Shown here piece after piece: positions 62,726 through 64,000 of a stretch of DNA of 64,000 nucleotides (the stretch's first letter is position 1; every line of letters begins with the position of its first letter). The DNA lies in assembly GCA_002633005.1 (NCBI GenBank), contig NMRA01000907.1, forward strand, positions 20,255 through 84,254, read 5' to 3'. The DNA comes from Phoronis australis (taxonomy: Eukaryota; Animalia; Phoronida). Under the pieces are notes generated by a model that saw only the letters and a program-made list of their open reading frames with translations, was not told where the DNA came from and made no database searches. The translations under genes and the position numbers were made by a program.

Positions 62726-64000
62726 TGGGTACGGAAATAACCGATGACAACCGGTAATCATACGCTCAGAGAGAAGGGTCAAATACTGTTAAAAAATCGC
62801 TTTTGGCAAGAAAGGCGAAAAGAATATAAAGAAAGGGTGTCGAAAATAAGAATTTATGTAGTAAGTATTTTCGGATACTAGAACCACATGGGCAGTTTGC
62901 AACAAGGACTTTAAAGATACCATGACCAATCTTATCAAAACTGATTGCATTTTTAGTTGTTTTTTTTGGCACTCGTTTCGTCCTCTTTTCACGCGCAGGC
63001 CGTCTGCATGTTGTGTTTCGACATGGATATAATTTTCTATGTTGTTACTGAAAGTTTGAAACGATCGATTTTCATAATAATAAATTTAACAGAATCGTAC
63101 AAGCACTGAGAAATAAAAGAAAAACATAAAAACGCAAGGCAACAAAATAAAAATACAAGTGCAAGACACGGATAACATAAAAAGTCAAAGACTCATTTCC
63201 ATTATGCCGCTAATTTGTCTTATCCAACATTTTGTTTTAGATCATGGTGATAAAAAGTAAAGGTTAAAAGTGAGGTGTCAAAGAACTCCATATGTAACGG
63301 AACGACTACGACAGCTTTTATGACAAGCAACCAAGGAGTAAAAAATAAAACATCTTCAGCATTAGCTTCTTTTAGATTCTTCATCACAAGCAGCTTATAT
63401 TACGGTTACTTGGACAAAAATAGAAAAAGACTCACTGATACGTTGAAAATATGACGAGTAGTATTCAAATAATGAACAATATCATAACAGTAAAACAGGA
63501 TCAATCCCTAAAATAATAATAACATATCGTACACCAAAACATTTGTTTGGATGAAAACTATCTAAATAAAAACTTCAGTAGTCATTAAAATTTCTCCCTC
63601 GTACAAAAAGTCCCGAATACGTCTAATAATAGAAAAGCTCTGGAAATCAGACATTCATTTTTACATTAACACTGAAATAAAAACGACTCCTCATGATGAA
63701 GATCCAGCAAACGTCATTGTGGTCGTTTAGAGAAATATATATTATTCAGTTGGCAACGTATCATTGACGTTTAGAAGAGCTTAACTGACCAATCAGAACG
63801 CAGTATTCCTGACGCACCTTCGTCTGCGTTTCCAAGCCGCCATGGTACCCGACAAACAACACGTTGTCGGTAAAGCTTATTTTCGTCTATAGCTCAAGAA
63901 ATTGTGCGATAAGAATGGTGAAACGGTGTTGAGATGGCGTGTGTAATTCTCACACAGTCGTTATACACCTCGAGAAGGATATCCCGTCACTTTTTGTGCA

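Noticed and set aside
63788-63891. CCAAT box plus a perfect Kozak gccgccATGG on the plus strand
   Set aside because: The ORF closes after 16 codons and no convincing donor or downstream exon is visible in the window; cannot be supported.

Overview
AT-rich, repeat-dense animal (probably marine invertebrate) genomic DNA, not prokaryotic, with single-N gap marks at about 2418, 19478, 54582 and 62667. Three host genes are supportable. Two are convergent paralogous rhodopsin-class GPCRs with intronless CDSs and melatonin-receptor-like motifs (30546-31583 +, 40678-41631 -). The third is a spliced minus-strand gene (about 46841-62665) that I reconstructed exon by exon into an uninterrupted ~640-aa ORF: 7 ankyrin repeats, an ankyrin cap, a linker and a FAM111-like trypsin-fold serine protease with an intact H/D/S triad. 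Each ankyrin repeat is its own 99-nt phase-0 exon, and most sit in a tandem array of ~625-bp exon+intron units. Synonymous sites are almost invariant and the introns are highly similar, yet the ankyrin binding-surface codons are hypervariable and one intron is an A/B recombinant. This is the best candidate for an undescribed system: a diversifying ankyrin sensor fused to a protease effector. The rest is mobile DNA: L1/Tx1, RTE-X-like and Hero-like LINE relics, Penelope-like elements with hammerhead motifs, an Academ-like relic, MITEs, and many TACATGTA motifs that look like excision footprints.
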